Notes under the pieces: generated by a model
The model's input: only the letters and a program-made list of their open reading frames with translations
What the model was told of the DNA's origin: nothing
Databases searched by the model: none
NCBI GenBank assembly: GCA_964627675.1
Contig: CAZVKD010000002.1
Location: forward strand, 4,207-40,305
Length of the DNA: 36,099 bases
Direction of reading: 5' to 3'
DNA from: an uncultured Gemmatimonadaceae bacterium
Lineage (GTDB): Bacteria > Gemmatimonadota > Gemmatimonadetes > Gemmatimonadales > GWC2-71-9
Position numbers and translations under genes: made by a program
Shown here: one piece after another, positions 1 through 9,903 of the stretch
How positions within the stretch are numbered: the stretch's first letter is position 1
Layout of the letters: the number at the start of each line of letters is the position of its first letter

Positions 1-580
1 AGATCGAGAACAGGAAGTTCTCCAGCATCTCCCCGCCTCGGGGCGTGTGAGCCACCTCGGGGTGAAACAGCACGCCGTACACCGGCTTCGACTCGTGACG
101 CATGGCCGCCACGGGCGCGTTCTCGGTCACCGCCGTGGTGCGGAAGCTCGGTGGGGGCCGGATCAGGCGATCCCCGTGACTGGCCCACACCGTCACGCTC
201 TCCCCTGCTTCGAAACCGGCGAACAGCCCGCCGCTCTCGCAGATCATGATGTCGGCTCGTCCGTACTCCCGCTGGTCCGATCGCGTCACCTCGCCGCCGG
301 CGAGCCGCGCCACGAGTTGCATCCCGTAGCAGATGCCCAAGAGGGGAATCCCGAGCTCGAGCATGCCGGGATCGGCCGTGGGCGCCCCGGGGTCGTACAC
401 CGAGTTGGGCCCCCCGGAGAGGATGATCCCGCGCGGCGCCTGAGCGCCAATCCATGCGAGATCTCTCGTGGGGGGATGGATTTCACAATACACGTGGGAC
501 TCGCGAACCCGCCGCGCGATGAGCTGCGTGAATTGCGATCCGTAATCGAGAATCAGGATCCCGCGCGCGAGGGTGGTCAC
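1..580 (-). CDS. guaA: GMP synthase (glutamine-hydrolysing), N-terminal glutamine amidotransferase domain; the 3' part lies beyond the window start
   Basis: Absent from the ORF track because it runs off the edge. My minus-strand translation from the GTG at 580 reads VTTLARGILILDYGSQFTQLIARRVRESHVYCEIHP...ILSGGPNSVYD...LLGICYGMQL...FHPEVAHTPRGGEMLENF. This is the class-I GATase of GuaA, with the catalytic Cys in GICYGMQ and the HPE motif. The GTG start overlaps the lysA stop (GTGA). Confidence 0.9.
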   Translation of the reverse strand, partial: MTTLARGILILDYGSQFTQLIARRVRESHVYCEIHPPTRDLAWIGAQAPRGIILSGGPNSVYDPGAPTADPGMLELGIPLLGICYGMQLVARLAGGEVTRSDQREYGRADIMICESGGLFAGFEAGESVTVWASHGDRLIRPPPSFRTTAVTENAPVAAMRHESKPVYGVLFHPEVAHTPRGGEMLENFLFSI

Positions 581-1872
581 GCGCTCTCCCATCGCGGCGA
601 CGGTGTCTCACCGCGCATGAGGTCCTCAGGTCGCTCGCGCTCCCGGATCACGCCGACCCGTCCTCCCTCCAGCAGCACGTCCGCGGCGCGGGGGCGCGAA
701 TTGTAGTTGGAACTCATGCCGAATCCATACGCGCCGGCGCCGAGGACCGCCAACAGGGCTCCCGGAGGGACCAGCCGCATCCGTCGGCCCAGGGCCAGAA
801 AATCGCCGGATTCGCAGTTCGGCCCGACGATATCCACGCTCACACCCTCCGCCGCCGGAGCGCCAATCGTCCCCGATCGGGATGGATCGAGAACGATCGG
901 GCCATCGTCCACCACGCATATCTCGTGATGTGCTTGATACAGGCTTGGCCTCATGAAATCGTTCATGCCGGCGTCCGTGATGAGGATCTCCCGGCCCCCG
1001 GAGCGCTTGTGATAGAGCACCCGGGTCAACAAGACGCCGGCGTTGCCCACCAGGAACCGCCCGGGCTCCACCAGGAGCGTGAGGCCGGTGGACCGCGCCA
1101 GTGGCGCCACCGCCGCCCCGAACGCCGCGGGGTCCAGGGCGCCGCCGTTGCCGTAGTCAATCGCCAGCCCCCCGCCCACGTCAACCGTGGTCAGCGAGGT
1201 GATCCCCCGGTGCCGCACTGCCGCCACCAGCTCGAGTAATCGCTCCGTCCCACAGCGATACGGCTCGGCGCTGCCGATCTGCGAGCCGATGTGCATCCCG
1301 AGCGAGCGCAACTCGAGACCTCGGGTGCCCGCCACCCGGAGCGCAAGGGGCAAGACCTGGTCCAGGGGTACGCCGAACTTCATCCCGCTCTTGCCGGTCT
1401 GGGTGTAGGGATTCGTCTCCGTGGTGACGTCGGGGTTGACCCGGATGCCCACGGCCAGGGCAGGATGGCCGGAAGGGAGCACGGAGGCCAACGCCTCGAG
1501 TTCGCCCTCCGACTCGAGGTTGATAAGCCCCACCCCCGCCGCGACCGCCGCGGCAAGCTCCTCCCCGCGCTTGCCCACCCCGCTGAAAACGACGTCCGCG
1601 GGCGCGAATCCGGCGCGCAACACCCGCGCCAGTTCGCCGCCCGAGACGATGTCTGCGCCTGCTCCCAAGTCCCGCATGAGTCCCAGGACGGCAAGGGAGC
1701 TATTCGCTTTGACGGAGTAGTGGATGCGGTTCGGCACGCCCGCCAGCGCCGCCTCGAGCGCCCGGTATTGAGCCCGGATGGCCTCGGCACTATACACGAA
1801 CACCGGGGTCCCCGCGCGCGCGGCCAGGCGCGCCAGGGTGGCGCCGGGAATGCTCAGTACGCCCTGGCCCAC
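577..1872 (-). CDS. lysA: Diaminopimelate decarboxylase
   Basis: The ORF 577..1902 translation contains GTPVFVYSAEAIRAQY...HYSVKANSSLAVL...GLINLESEGELE...VDVGGGLAI...EPGRFLV...GPNCESGD...GAYGFGMSSNYNSRPR, typical of a PLP fold-III decarboxylase (LysA). I prefer the GTG at 1872 (VGQGVLSIPG...) over the GTG at 1902. Either start overlaps the proS 3' end. Confidence 0.9.
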   Translation of the reverse strand: MGQGVLSIPGATLARLAARAGTPVFVYSAEAIRAQYRALEAALAGVPNRIHYSVKANSSLAVLGLMRDLGAGADIVSGGELARVLRAGFAPADVVFSGVGKRGEELAAAVAAGVGLINLESEGELEALASVLPSGHPALAVGIRVNPDVTTETNPYTQTGKSGMKFGVPLDQVLPLALRVAGTRGLELRSLGMHIGSQIGSAEPYRCGTERLLELVAAVRHRGITSLTTVDVGGGLAIDYGNGGALDPAAFGAAVAPLARSTGLTLLVEPGRFLVGNAGVLLTRVLYHKRSGGREILITDAGMNDFMRPSLYQAHHEICVVDDGPIVLDPSRSGTIGAPAAEGVSVDIVGPNCESGDFLALGRRMRLVPPGALLAVLGAGAYGFGMSSNYNSRPRAADVLLEGGRVGVIRERERPEDLMRGETPSPRWESA

Positions 1873-3335
1873 ACCGCTTCGGTCTTCGCAGGGCCACCAC
1901 ACCAGGCGCAGGCCCGGGGCGGGGTGGGAGAACGGAACTCGGGATCGGGGAGCACCCGGATGGTCGCCTTGGTCGCGTCTTTCACCGCCGCCTCGCAGGC
2001 CTCGTTGCCACAGTATCCTCCGTAGGCGAACCCGCCGTCGGCCTCCATGAACGCGAGCAGGTTCTCGCGGGTGACGCCGCGGATTGAGTTCGCCTCGCGC
2101 CGCGCGCGCGCCGAGTGGAGTAGCTGGGCCTGGATGTCATCCAGCGCTCGCCGGATGCCGCTCACCAGCCCCGCGAACGACTCGGGCGCCTTCCCGCCGG
2201 TGCGGCGCGCCAGCACGACCTGCTGCTGTGCCACGTCCCGCGGCCCGATCTCCACCCGCACCGGGACGCCACGCGCCTCCCAGTAGTAGTACTTCGCACC
2301 TGGCTTGATGGCTTCGCGGTCATCCAGCTCCACCCGCAAGCCCGCCTGGCGCAAGTCCTCGTAAATGCGGCGAGCGGGTTCCAGAACCGTGGCGCGCTCG
2401 GTGTCGTTCTTCCAGATCGGCACGATCACCACTTGATGCGGGGCCAGTCGCGGCGGACATACCAGCCCGCGATCATCGCTGTGCGTCAGAATCAGGCCGC
2501 CGACCAACCGCGTGGAGACGCCCCAGGACGTGCTCCACACGTGCTCCATGGCGCCCGCCTGCGTCTGATACTGCACGCCAAAGGCCCGGGCGAAATTCTG
2601 GCCGAGATTATGGGAGGTCCCGGCCTGGAGCGCCCGGTTGTCCTGCATCAGACCTTCCATGGCGTACGTGCGCACCGCCCCGGCGAACTTCTCGGACTCG
2701 GTCTTCACGCCCGTAATGACGGGCATGGCCATCCACTCTTCCGCGAATCGGCGGTAGATGCCGAGGATCAGCCGCGCTTCAGTCTCCGCCTCGTCCGCGG
2801 TGGCGTGCGCCGTGTGTCCTTCCTGCCACAGGAACTCGGTGGTGCGCAAGAACAGGCGCGTGCGCATCTCCCAGCGCACCACGTTCACCCACTGATTCAG
2901 CAACACGGGCAGGTCTCGATAACTCTGGATCCACTTGCCCAGCATGGAGTAGATGATCGTCTCCGACGTAGGCCGGACCACGAGCGGCTCCTCCAGCTCC
3001 TTGCCGCCCGCGCGGGTGACCACGGCCGTCTGCGGCGCGAAACCCTCCACATGCTCGGCTTCCTTGGCCAGGAAGCTCTCGGGGATGAACAGCGGGAAGT
3101 ACGCGTTCTCGTGCCCCGTGGCCCGGAACATGTCGTCCAGCGCCCGCTGGATCAGCTCCCAGATGCGGTAGCCGCGCGGCCGAATCACCATGCACCCCCG
3201 CACCGGCGAGTAATCCGCCAGCTCCGCGTGCGTCACCACGTCGTTGTACCACGCGGCGAAATCCTCGGCGCGGGCCGTGATCTTGCGCTCGTCCGACTTC
3301 CGCTCGTCCGCCATGCTCTTGGTCTTCCTCGTCAT
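1854..3335 (-). CDS. proS: Prolyl-tRNA synthetase, archaeal/eukaryote-like type with C-terminal Zn-binding domain
   Basis: The sequence FAAWYNDVVTHAELADYSPVRGCMVIRPRGYRIWE...RPTSETIIY...FLRTTEFLWQEGHTAH plus a C-terminal Cys cluster ending in ...WARAY is characteristic. The start is trimmed to the ATG at 3335, which forms an ATGA overlap with the hisS stop. Confidence 0.92.
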   Translation of the reverse strand: MTRKTKSMADERKSDERKITARAEDFAAWYNDVVTHAELADYSPVRGCMVIRPRGYRIWELIQRALDDMFRATGHENAYFPLFIPESFLAKEAEHVEGFAPQTAVVTRAGGKELEEPLVVRPTSETIIYSMLGKWIQSYRDLPVLLNQWVNVVRWEMRTRLFLRTTEFLWQEGHTAHATADEAETEARLILGIYRRFAEEWMAMPVITGVKTESEKFAGAVRTYAMEGLMQDNRALQAGTSHNLGQNFARAFGVQYQTQAGAMEHVWSTSWGVSTRLVGGLILTHSDDRGLVCPPRLAPHQVVIVPIWKNDTERATVLEPARRIYEDLRQAGLRVELDDREAIKPGAKYYYWEARGVPVRVEIGPRDVAQQQVVLARRTGGKAPESFAGLVSGIRRALDDIQAQLLHSARARREANSIRGVTRENLLAFMEADGGFAYGGYCGNEACEAAVKDATKATIRVLPDPEFRSPTPPRACAWCGGPAKTEAVWARAY

Positions 3336-4663
3336 CGCGTGACCGGCGCTCGAGTTCCGGCCCGAGCGCGTTCGCCCCATTGCTCCAGCAACGCGTCCAC
3401 CGAGACCCGGTCCTCCTGACCGGTAACCAGGTCCCGTCGCACCACCAGTCCGGCCGCCCGCTCCTCAGGACCGATGACGACCGCCGTCCGGGCCCGCCGC
3501 GCCGCGGCCAGCCCAAGTTGCTTCCCAATGGATTGCTGCTTCAGGGCGAACTCGACCCGCACTCCGCGGTCCCGCAGGTCGTGCGCCAGTCGGAGCACCG
3601 CGGGCTGGTCCTCCGACGTCACGGCCACCAGAAACACGTCGAGCCCGCCGGCGCGTGCCGGCAGCAGGCCCCGGTCCTTCAATAACTCCCCGAGCACCAC
3701 GTCACCCATGCCAAACCCTACGGCCGGGAGGTCGGATCCGCCGATGGCGCCGAGCAGGCCGTCGTAGCGGCCTCCGCCGCAGATCGCGCGCAGCGTGCGC
3801 CTGGCGTCGAATAACTCGAACACGATACCGGTGTAATACGCCAGGCCGCGAACGATGGACAGGTCCAGCGCGAGGAACTCGCCCAGCCCCATCGCCTGCA
3901 AAGCATCGCGACATACAAACAAGTCCTCGGCGATCTTGGCGCCCCCCGCCGTCCGGCCGAGCGCCTCCTCCAGCCGGGCCCAGTCGCGGATCTGGGCGAT
4001 CTCCCATACGCGCCTGGCCACCTCGTCCGAATGCGCCACCTTCGCGAAGGCTTCCGCCAGGATCTCCGCCGCCTTGGCCGGCACCCGTTCGCTCCGATCA
4101 ATGGCGCTGAAGGTCACGTCGAACTCACCGGGTGGCACCCCGGCTGCCATCAGTAGGTGCGACAGCACCCGGCGATCGGACACTCGCACCTGCACATCGG
4201 CCGCGGTCAGGCCCAGCGTGCGCTGCACGTCCACCGCGGCCGCGATGATCTCGGCGTCCGCCAAGGGGCCCGGCTCCCCGATCACATCCATGTTCAGCTG
4301 GAAATGCTCCCGCAGCCGCCCGCGCTGTTGCCGCTCGTAGCGGTACAGCTGCGGCATGCTGAACCAGCGAATGGGCTTTTTCAAGGCGCCCGCTCGGGCG
4401 GCGACCATCCGGGCGAGCGTGGGTGTCATCTCCGGCCGCAGCGCGACGCGCCGCCCCCCTTTGTCGGTGAACTCGTAGAGCTGCGCGACGATCTCGGGTC
4501 CGCTCTTCTCCGTGTACAACTCGAGCGCTTCGAGCGGAGGACCGTCGTACTCCTCGAACCCGTACCGGGAGGCGACGCTGCGCCAGGCCGCGAAGATGTG
4601 ATTACGAAGGGTGATGTCGTCGGGGTAGAAGTCGCGAAACCCCGGCAACCCTCTGGCTGGCAT
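3332..4663 (-). CDS. hisS: Histidyl-tRNA synthetase
   Basis: Class II HisRS motifs are present: GFRDFYPDD...YGFEEYDGPPLE...ALRPEMTPTLARM...RWFSMPQLYRYERQQRGRLREHFQLNMDVIG...GGGRYDGL. The ORF-track 607-aa call has an Arg/Gly/Ala-rich, non-homologous 164-aa extension. The ATG at 4663 gives 443 aa. Confidence 0.93.
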   Translation of the reverse strand: MPARGLPGFRDFYPDDITLRNHIFAAWRSVASRYGFEEYDGPPLEALELYTEKSGPEIVAQLYEFTDKGGRRVALRPEMTPTLARMVAARAGALKKPIRWFSMPQLYRYERQQRGRLREHFQLNMDVIGEPGPLADAEIIAAAVDVQRTLGLTAADVQVRVSDRRVLSHLLMAAGVPPGEFDVTFSAIDRSERVPAKAAEILAEAFAKVAHSDEVARRVWEIAQIRDWARLEEALGRTAGGAKIAEDLFVCRDALQAMGLGEFLALDLSIVRGLAYYTGIVFELFDARRTLRAICGGGRYDGLLGAIGGSDLPAVGFGMGDVVLGELLKDRGLLPARAGGLDVFLVAVTSEDQPAVLRLAHDLRDRGVRVEFALKQQSIGKQLGLAAARRARTAVVIGPEERAAGLVVRRDLVTGQEDRVSVDALLEQWGERARAGTRAPVTR

Positions 4664-4671
4664 GCACGAAA

Positions 4672-5871
4672 TTAGCCGAGGGGCGCAAAGCCCGGCAAGC
4701 GGCCGAGCGCGTCGCCCACGGTGTGAAACGACCCCGTCACCAGCACCGTAGCGGCGTCGGCCCGCGCGTCGGTCAAGGCCCGGTCGAAGTCCGGCTCGAT
4801 AATAACGCGCGGCCAGCGGCCGGTCGTTTCGTGGAAGGGCTTCCGAGCCATCGCCCCAACGTCCTCGAGGTTCCACTTTCGCGCCGCCGGTGCCGACGGA
4901 GGATCCGTGAGCCAGGCGGCATCCACCGCCGGCAACAGCCGCCGGAGCATCGCCCGCCAGTCCTTGTCGCCCAGGATCCCGATCACGGCATGCAGTGGCC
5001 GGGGCGCGTTGGCTTCCTGCAGCGCCAGGCACAGCGCCTCGGTGCCATCCGGGTTGTGCGCTACGTCGAAGATCCACGGCCCGCGCCGGTCGAAGCGACC
5101 CGGTATCCGAGCCAGGGCAAACCCCGCCCGCACGGCGTCCGGTGGGGGCCGCCATCGCCGGGGAAGCGCCGCCAGCGCACGGGCGGCGACCGCAGCGTTC
5201 CGGCGCTGATACGGGCCCGGCAGCCCGAGTGGTCCGGGGTACAGCTTGCCGGGCGGCACCTCGATCGCCAGCGCCCCGGCACGCTCCGCCGTCGCCCGCA
5301 GCACCGAGCGCACCTCCGGACGCTCCTCCCCGATCACGAAGGGGACGCCCGTCTTGGCGATGCCCGCCTTTTCGCGGGCGATGTGCATGAGCGTGGGCCC
5401 GAGGTACTCAGTGTGCTCCAACGCGATGCGCGTCACCACGGACACCGCGGGTTGCACCACGTTCGTGCTGTCGAGTCGTCCCCCCAACCCGACCTCGACC
5501 ACGGCGATGTCCACCCCGCGCGCCGCGAAGTCCGCCAGCGCGATGGCCGTGGTGGCGTCGAAGAAACTGGCGCCGGCGCGCTCGATCGCGGGCCGGAGTC
5601 GCTCTACCCAGGTGACGAACGCCTCGGGCGTGATGGGCCGGCCGTCCACTACGCATCGCTCCCGCACGTCCACCAGATGGGGCGAGGTGTACAATCCCAC
5701 GGACCTGCCAGCCTGGCGCAGCGCCTCATAGGCGAGCGTCGCTACGGAGCCCTTCCCGTTGGTCCCCCCCACGTGGAGGACAGGGTAGTGCTGCTCGGGA
5801 CGACCCAGCCACTCGAGCAACGCCCGCGCGGGTTCGAGCGACCACGTGCTCCCGGCAAACTGCCGCGGCAA
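4672..5871 (-). CDS. folC: Bifunctional folylpolyglutamate synthase / dihydrofolate synthase
   Basis: The Mur-ligase P-loop HVGGTNGKGS is followed by LALEHTEYLG and ...HNPDG.... It sits directly downstream of accD, the conserved accD-folC pairing. The first in-frame start is the TTG at 5871, so the exact start is uncertain. Confidence 0.88.
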   Translation of the reverse strand: MPRQFAGSTWSLEPARALLEWLGRPEQHYPVLHVGGTNGKGSVATLAYEALRQAGRSVGLYTSPHLVDVRERCVVDGRPITPEAFVTWVERLRPAIERAGASFFDATTAIALADFAARGVDIAVVEVGLGGRLDSTNVVQPAVSVVTRIALEHTEYLGPTLMHIAREKAGIAKTGVPFVIGEERPEVRSVLRATAERAGALAIEVPPGKLYPGPLGLPGPYQRRNAAVAARALAALPRRWRPPPDAVRAGFALARIPGRFDRRGPWIFDVAHNPDGTEALCLALQEANAPRPLHAVIGILGDKDWRAMLRRLLPAVDAAWLTDPPSAPAARKWNLEDVGAMARKPFHETTGRWPRVIIEPDFDRALTDARADAATVLVTGSFHTVGDALGRLPGFAPLG

Positions 5872-5903
5872 CAGATACGCGATGGCGTCGTGAAACGAAT
5901 CGG

Positions 5904-6761
5904 TCAGTCGGATGGCCCGCTTGCCGGCAGTCCTTGCATCATTCGCACGAGGCTTGCCGTCGTCTCCGCCAGGCGGGGGCGCGAGATCACGGCATCCACC
6001 ATCCCGTGCTCCAACAGAAACTCCGAGGTCTGGAACCCCTCGGGCAGATCCTGCCCGATGGTCTGCTTGATCACTCGCGCCCCGGCGAATCCCACCACCG
6101 CCCCCGGCTCCGCCAGAATGACGTCCCCTTGGAGGGCATACGACGCCGATACCCCCCCGGTCGTGGGATTGGTGAGAATCGAGATGAACGGCACGCCCGC
6201 CTCGCGCAGCCCCGCGATCACCGAGGACGTCTTGGCCATCTGCATCAGCGAGAGCACGCCCTCCTGCATTCTGGCGCCGCCCGATGCCGACACCACCACG
6301 AGGGCCTCGCGCCGCTCGAGGGCCCGCAGGGCCAGCCGCGCCACTTTTTCGCCCACCACGCTCCCCATGGACCCGCCCATGAAACCGAATTCCATGGCGC
6401 CGATGTTGATGGGCACGCCCGTGAGCGTGCCGTGGCCGGTGAGGATCGCGTCGTGGCCGCCAACCTGGCGATAGGCCCGCGCCACCCGATCGGCATACCC
6501 CTCGAACCGCAAAGCATCCAGGGATCGAAGATCGCCGAACAGCTCGACGAAGCTGCCGGGATCGGTGAGCATCTCCACGTACCGGCGAGCGGTGATCCGG
6601 CGATGAAACCCGCAGGACGGGCAGACCTGGAGCGCGCGTTCGAACTTCTCCCGAATATCAACGTGCCCGCAGTCCTCGCACTTATCCCAGGCATCCGGGG
6701 GAATCTCCAGCCGCTCGCGCGAGGACTTACGCTCTTTGCGTTCCTTGCGAAACCACGCCAT
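5904..6761 (-). CDS. accD: Acetyl-CoA carboxylase carboxyltransferase beta subunit
   Basis: An N-terminal Zn-ribbon (W.KCEDCGH....CPSCGFH.RI.ARRY) is followed by the carboxyltransferase core (GGSMGSVVGEK...VVSASGGARMQEG). Confidence 0.95.
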   Translation of the reverse strand: MAWFRKERKERKSSRERLEIPPDAWDKCEDCGHVDIREKFERALQVCPSCGFHRRITARRYVEMLTDPGSFVELFGDLRSLDALRFEGYADRVARAYRQVGGHDAILTGHGTLTGVPINIGAMEFGFMGGSMGSVVGEKVARLALRALERREALVVVSASGGARMQEGVLSLMQMAKTSSVIAGLREAGVPFISILTNPTTGGVSASYALQGDVILAEPGAVVGFAGARVIKQTIGQDLPEGFQTSEFLLEHGMVDAVISRPRLAETTASLVRMMQGLPASGPSD

Positions 6762-6812
6762 GATCTGGGGAATCTGCCGGTGCCCGCACCGGGGCGCTAG
6801 CCCCGACCGCTG

Positions 6813-8054
6813 CTATCGCTCCACGTATCCGGCGTTGCGGGACTCCCAGGCCACGCGCAGCGACAGGGCCACCGCCAGGCAGCAGGTTATCAGGAAGGAT
6901 CCCCCGTAGGAAAAGAATGGCAAGGGGATCCCGGTGATCGGCATGAGACCGACCGTCATCCCCACGTTCTCCACCAGATGCGTCAGCATCAGCGCGGTGA
7001 TGCCGGCGACCATCGCGGAGGAGAACGGATCGGTGGCCTGACGCGCCACGCGTACCAGACCGAGTAAGAACGCCCCGAACAGCGCCAACACGGCCGTCAC
7101 ACCGACAAACCCCCATTCTTCGGCCAGCACGGGAAACGTGAAGTCGGTGTGCAGTGCCGGAAGAAATGCCAGTCGCTTCTGCGTGCCCATGGTGAACCCC
7201 TTCCCCAGCAGGCCGCCCGAGCCGATTGCCACCTTGGACTGGATGATGTTCCAGCCCGTGGCCTGGGGGTCGGCTTCGGGATTGAGAAACGACAGGAGCC
7301 GGTTCTGCTGATAGGGCGCCAGGCGTTGCCAGAGGTCCAGGGCAATCACCCCCATCGTCACGTTCCCCAACCACACCGTCGCCCCCTCCAACACATATGG
7401 ACGCCAGGTGACCAAGAGAATGGTCAGGACCACGATCCACGCGCCCCACGACAGCGTTGAGAACGCCAGGAATAGGCTGATGAGCGGCGAGGCGAGCATC
7501 AACAGCAGACGGGGCGACACCCCCGCCCAGAACAGCGCGCCGAACAGAATCCCGAGGAAGACAATGGCACTGCCGAGGTCGGGTTGGAGCCCCACGAGCA
7601 CGAACGGCGCCCCGACAATGGCACAGGGGGCCAGCAGCTCGCGCAGGGTTTGGGCCGGCCGCCGCCGCGTCCCGAGGTGGCGAGCCAGCATGAGGATGGT
7701 AACCAGCTTGGCAATCTCGGCTGGCTGCCCGATCCGGAACCCCGCGACGGCCAGCCACGACTTGGTGCCGGTGGCCGTACCGGCGCCGGTGCCGAACAGG
7801 AGCGTGATTGCCAGCAGGACGAGTGCCAGCCCATAGAGCAAGGGAGCCGCCCACTCCAGCAGGCGGGGGGAGATACGATAGGCGCCGGCACCCAGCGCGG
7901 TTCCCAGTCCCAGCCACAGGAGCTGGCGCTGCCAGACGTCGCTCAATCCCGTCGGGACATCGGTTTTCCCGGCCGAGTACAACGTGCTCAGTCCGATAGC
8001 GGCGAGCAGCGCCACGGTGCCCAGCAGGCGCCTATCGAAGCCCTTCTGTGCCAT
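6813..8054 (-). CDS. rodA: Peptidoglycan glycosyltransferase RodA (SEDS family)
   Basis: This is a polytopic membrane protein with FtsW/RodA/SpoVE hallmarks (QPAEIAKL, HTDFTFPVLAEEWGF, GIPLPFFSYGGS), immediately downstream of mrdA. The ATG at 8054 (MAQKGFDRRLL...) is preferred and overlaps the mrdA 3' end by 23 nt. Confidence 0.9.
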   Translation of the reverse strand: MAQKGFDRRLLGTVALLAAIGLSTLYSAGKTDVPTGLSDVWQRQLLWLGLGTALGAGAYRISPRLLEWAAPLLYGLALVLLAITLLFGTGAGTATGTKSWLAVAGFRIGQPAEIAKLVTILMLARHLGTRRRPAQTLRELLAPCAIVGAPFVLVGLQPDLGSAIVFLGILFGALFWAGVSPRLLLMLASPLISLFLAFSTLSWGAWIVVLTILLVTWRPYVLEGATVWLGNVTMGVIALDLWQRLAPYQQNRLLSFLNPEADPQATGWNIIQSKVAIGSGGLLGKGFTMGTQKRLAFLPALHTDFTFPVLAEEWGFVGVTAVLALFGAFLLGLVRVARQATDPFSSAMVAGITALMLTHLVENVGMTVGLMPITGIPLPFFSYGGSFLITCCLAVALSLRVAWESRNAGYVER

Positions 8055-9903
8055 CTCGAATCGGGAGCATGACCGCAGTGTCCGGAAGGATGGGGACGGC
8101 TTCGGGCGCCGAGTCGTCGGGGAGGAGCAGCTGATAGGCACCGGCCAGCGCCTGGAGTGCGTCCGGGCCCTGGAGGTGGTAGGCGATGACCCGATTCACC
8201 AGGGGCGCAACCGCGCTCCCGTGCTGGCCGAACTCGAGCACCGCCCCGACGACGATCACCGGATCCTCGGCTGGGGCGAAGGCCACGAACCACCCGTGGT
8301 CGGCCCCATGCGGGTTTTGGGCCGTGCCGGTTTTCCCGGCAATGTGCAGGTTGGCCACCCGCGCCGCCGCGGCCGTCCCGCCCTGCACGACCGCGAGGAG
8401 CGCTTGCCGGAAACCAGCCAGCTGTTCGTCATCGAGTCCCACTGGGCGCCCCTCTGCGCCCGTCTTCGCCGCCAGGTGCGGTACGGGCACGCGACCCCGC
8501 GGGTTCGCCAATCCGGCGTAGAACGCGACCATCTTCAGGAGCGTTTGCGCGTTCTCTCCCTGGCCAATGGCCAGATTGAGCGCCACGCCGCTGGACCAGC
8601 CCCTGGGTCCGTACCGCTGGTTGTAGTACTCGGTAGATGCCGGAAACTGGGGGCGGCTCTCCCCCGGAAGGTCAACGCCGGTCGGCTCGCGGAACCCCAG
8701 CCGGACAGCGTCGGCCAGCAGGTTGCGCACGCCGAGTTGCAGTCCGAGTTGATAGAAATAAACGTCGCAGGAGTGCTGGATTGCCTGAGCCAGGTTGACG
8801 TCGCCGTGCCCGTCGGACTTCCAGCAACGGAAATACCGATTGCCGTACTGGAGGCCGCCGCGGCAGGGGATCGGCATGGGCGTGTCCAGGTCCACCAGCC
8901 CTCGCTGCACTGCCACGGCGGCCATCACCAGCTTCCAGGGCGACGCCGGGGGGTAGCGAGCCTGGGTCGCCCGGTTCATCAAGGGGAACGTCGGCGCCTG
9001 CGAGAGCGCCGCCCAGTGCGCGCGCTCGTATCCTCCGATGAACGCGTTGGGGTCGTACGAGGGAGCGCTGTAGAGCGCCAAGATCTCGCCCGTCCGTGGA
9101 TCCATCGCCACCAGCGCGCCCCGAGCGTCCTGCGGGAAGTTTCGCGCCACGAACTCCTGGAGACGAATATCGAGCGTCGTGCGCAGCGTATCGCCGGGCG
9201 AGGGGATCTGAGTCGCGGCAACGTTGGACGTCCGGACCGTCCGGCCAAGCGCATCCACTTCCACATACCGAATCCCGTCCCGGCCGCGAAGCTGCCGGTC
9301 GTACGTTCGCTCCAGTCCCTCGCGGCCCACCAGAGCCCCAGGGCGGCTGCCACGAATGGTGTCCGCCGCCAACTCGGCTTCGCTGATCTCCGCCACGTAT
9401 CCCACCACGTGCGCCGCGATCTCGCCCAGCGGATACCGCCGCTTGGGCTCCGCCTGGATCAGGAGTCCGGGCGTGACCACTCGCCGTTCTTCCAGAGCCG
9501 AGACGAGCGCGAACGGGGCGTCCCGCTGGAGGACCACGGGCTGGTTCGGCAGGCGCCGGAGGTTACCAGACAGTCGGGCCTGCTCGGCCTCCGAGAGTGG
9601 CAGGACCGGCGCGAGTTGCCGCAGCGCGGCCACCAGAGACTCCGGAGACGACGCCATCAGGGCGACGGAGTAGCCCGGGACATTCTCGGCCAACACGACG
9701 CCGTTGCGGTCCACGATCAGGCCGCGTGGCGCCGGAATGGTGACCGGCCGAAGCCGGTTTTCCTCGGATCGAAGCCGGTATCCGCTCGAGGCCAGCACCT
9801 GCACGCGGAAGAACGTCACCACCAGCACGCCGATGGCCGCGCCGATGACGAGGCCCGCCAAGTGCGCCCGGCGCGACAGTTCGTACGGGTGGAACCAGTT
9901 CAT
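8032..9903 (-). CDS. mrdA: Penicillin-binding protein 2 (elongasome transpeptidase)
   Basis: An N-terminal TM (LVIGAAIGVLVVTFF), a PBP dimerisation domain, and the transpeptidase motifs PASPWK (SxxK-type), a downstream SxN-type segment and KTGTAQ are present. The start is trimmed to the ATG at 9903 (MNWFHP...), an ATGA overlap with the mreD stop. Confidence 0.92.
   Translation of the reverse strand: MNWFHPYELSRRAHLAGLVIGAAIGVLVVTFFRVQVLASSGYRLRSEENRLRPVTIPAPRGLIVDRNGVVLAENVPGYSVALMASSPESLVAALRQLAPVLPLSEAEQARLSGNLRRLPNQPVVLQRDAPFALVSALEERRVVTPGLLIQAEPKRRYPLGEIAAHVVGYVAEISEAELAADTIRGSRPGALVGREGLERTYDRQLRGRDGIRYVEVDALGRTVRTSNVAATQIPSPGDTLRTTLDIRLQEFVARNFPQDARGALVAMDPRTGEILALYSAPSYDPNAFIGGYERAHWAALSQAPTFPLMNRATQARYPPASPWKLVMAAVAVQRGLVDLDTPMPIPCRGGLQYGNRYFRCWKSDGHGDVNLAQAIQHSCDVYFYQLGLQLGVRNLLADAVRLGFREPTGVDLPGESRPQFPASTEYYNQRYGPRGWSSGVALNLAIGQGENAQTLLKMVAFYAGLANPRGRVPVPHLAAKTGAEGRPVGLDDEQLAGFRQALLAVVQGGTAAAARVANLHIAGKTGTAQNPHGADHGWFVAFAPAEDPVIVVGAVLEFGQHGSAVAPLVNRVIAYHLQGPDALQALAGAYQLLLPDDSAPEAVPILPDTAVMLPIRDGTEGLR

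Noticed and set aside
47-706. A plus-strand 219-aa ORF at the window start.
   Set aside because: It is antisense to the clearly homologous guaA amidotransferase domain and the lysA 3' end, and its composition is Arg/His/Gly-rich and non-protein-like.
3332-5155. Over-long ORF-track calls with large N-terminal extensions: hisS 607 aa, dxr 499 aa, rplM 284 aa, methyltransferase 537 aa, BCCP 359 aa, mreD 429 aa, 34541..35656 371 aa, mrdA 700 aa, and similar.
   Set aside because: The extensions are non-homologous, Arg/Gly-rich, and overlap the preceding gene in another frame. Internal ATG/GTG starts coincide with ATGA/GTGA overlaps or SD motifs and give family-typical protein lengths.
6777-6804. 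Two adjacent short hairpins (CCGGTG-CCCG-CACCGG and GGGGC-GCTA-GCCCC) in the 51-nt rodA-accD spacer, considered as a terminator/attenuator or accD promoter region.
   Set aside because: The stems are only 5-6 bp, with no U-tract and no -35/-10 hexamers. This is compatible with chance in GC-rich DNA.
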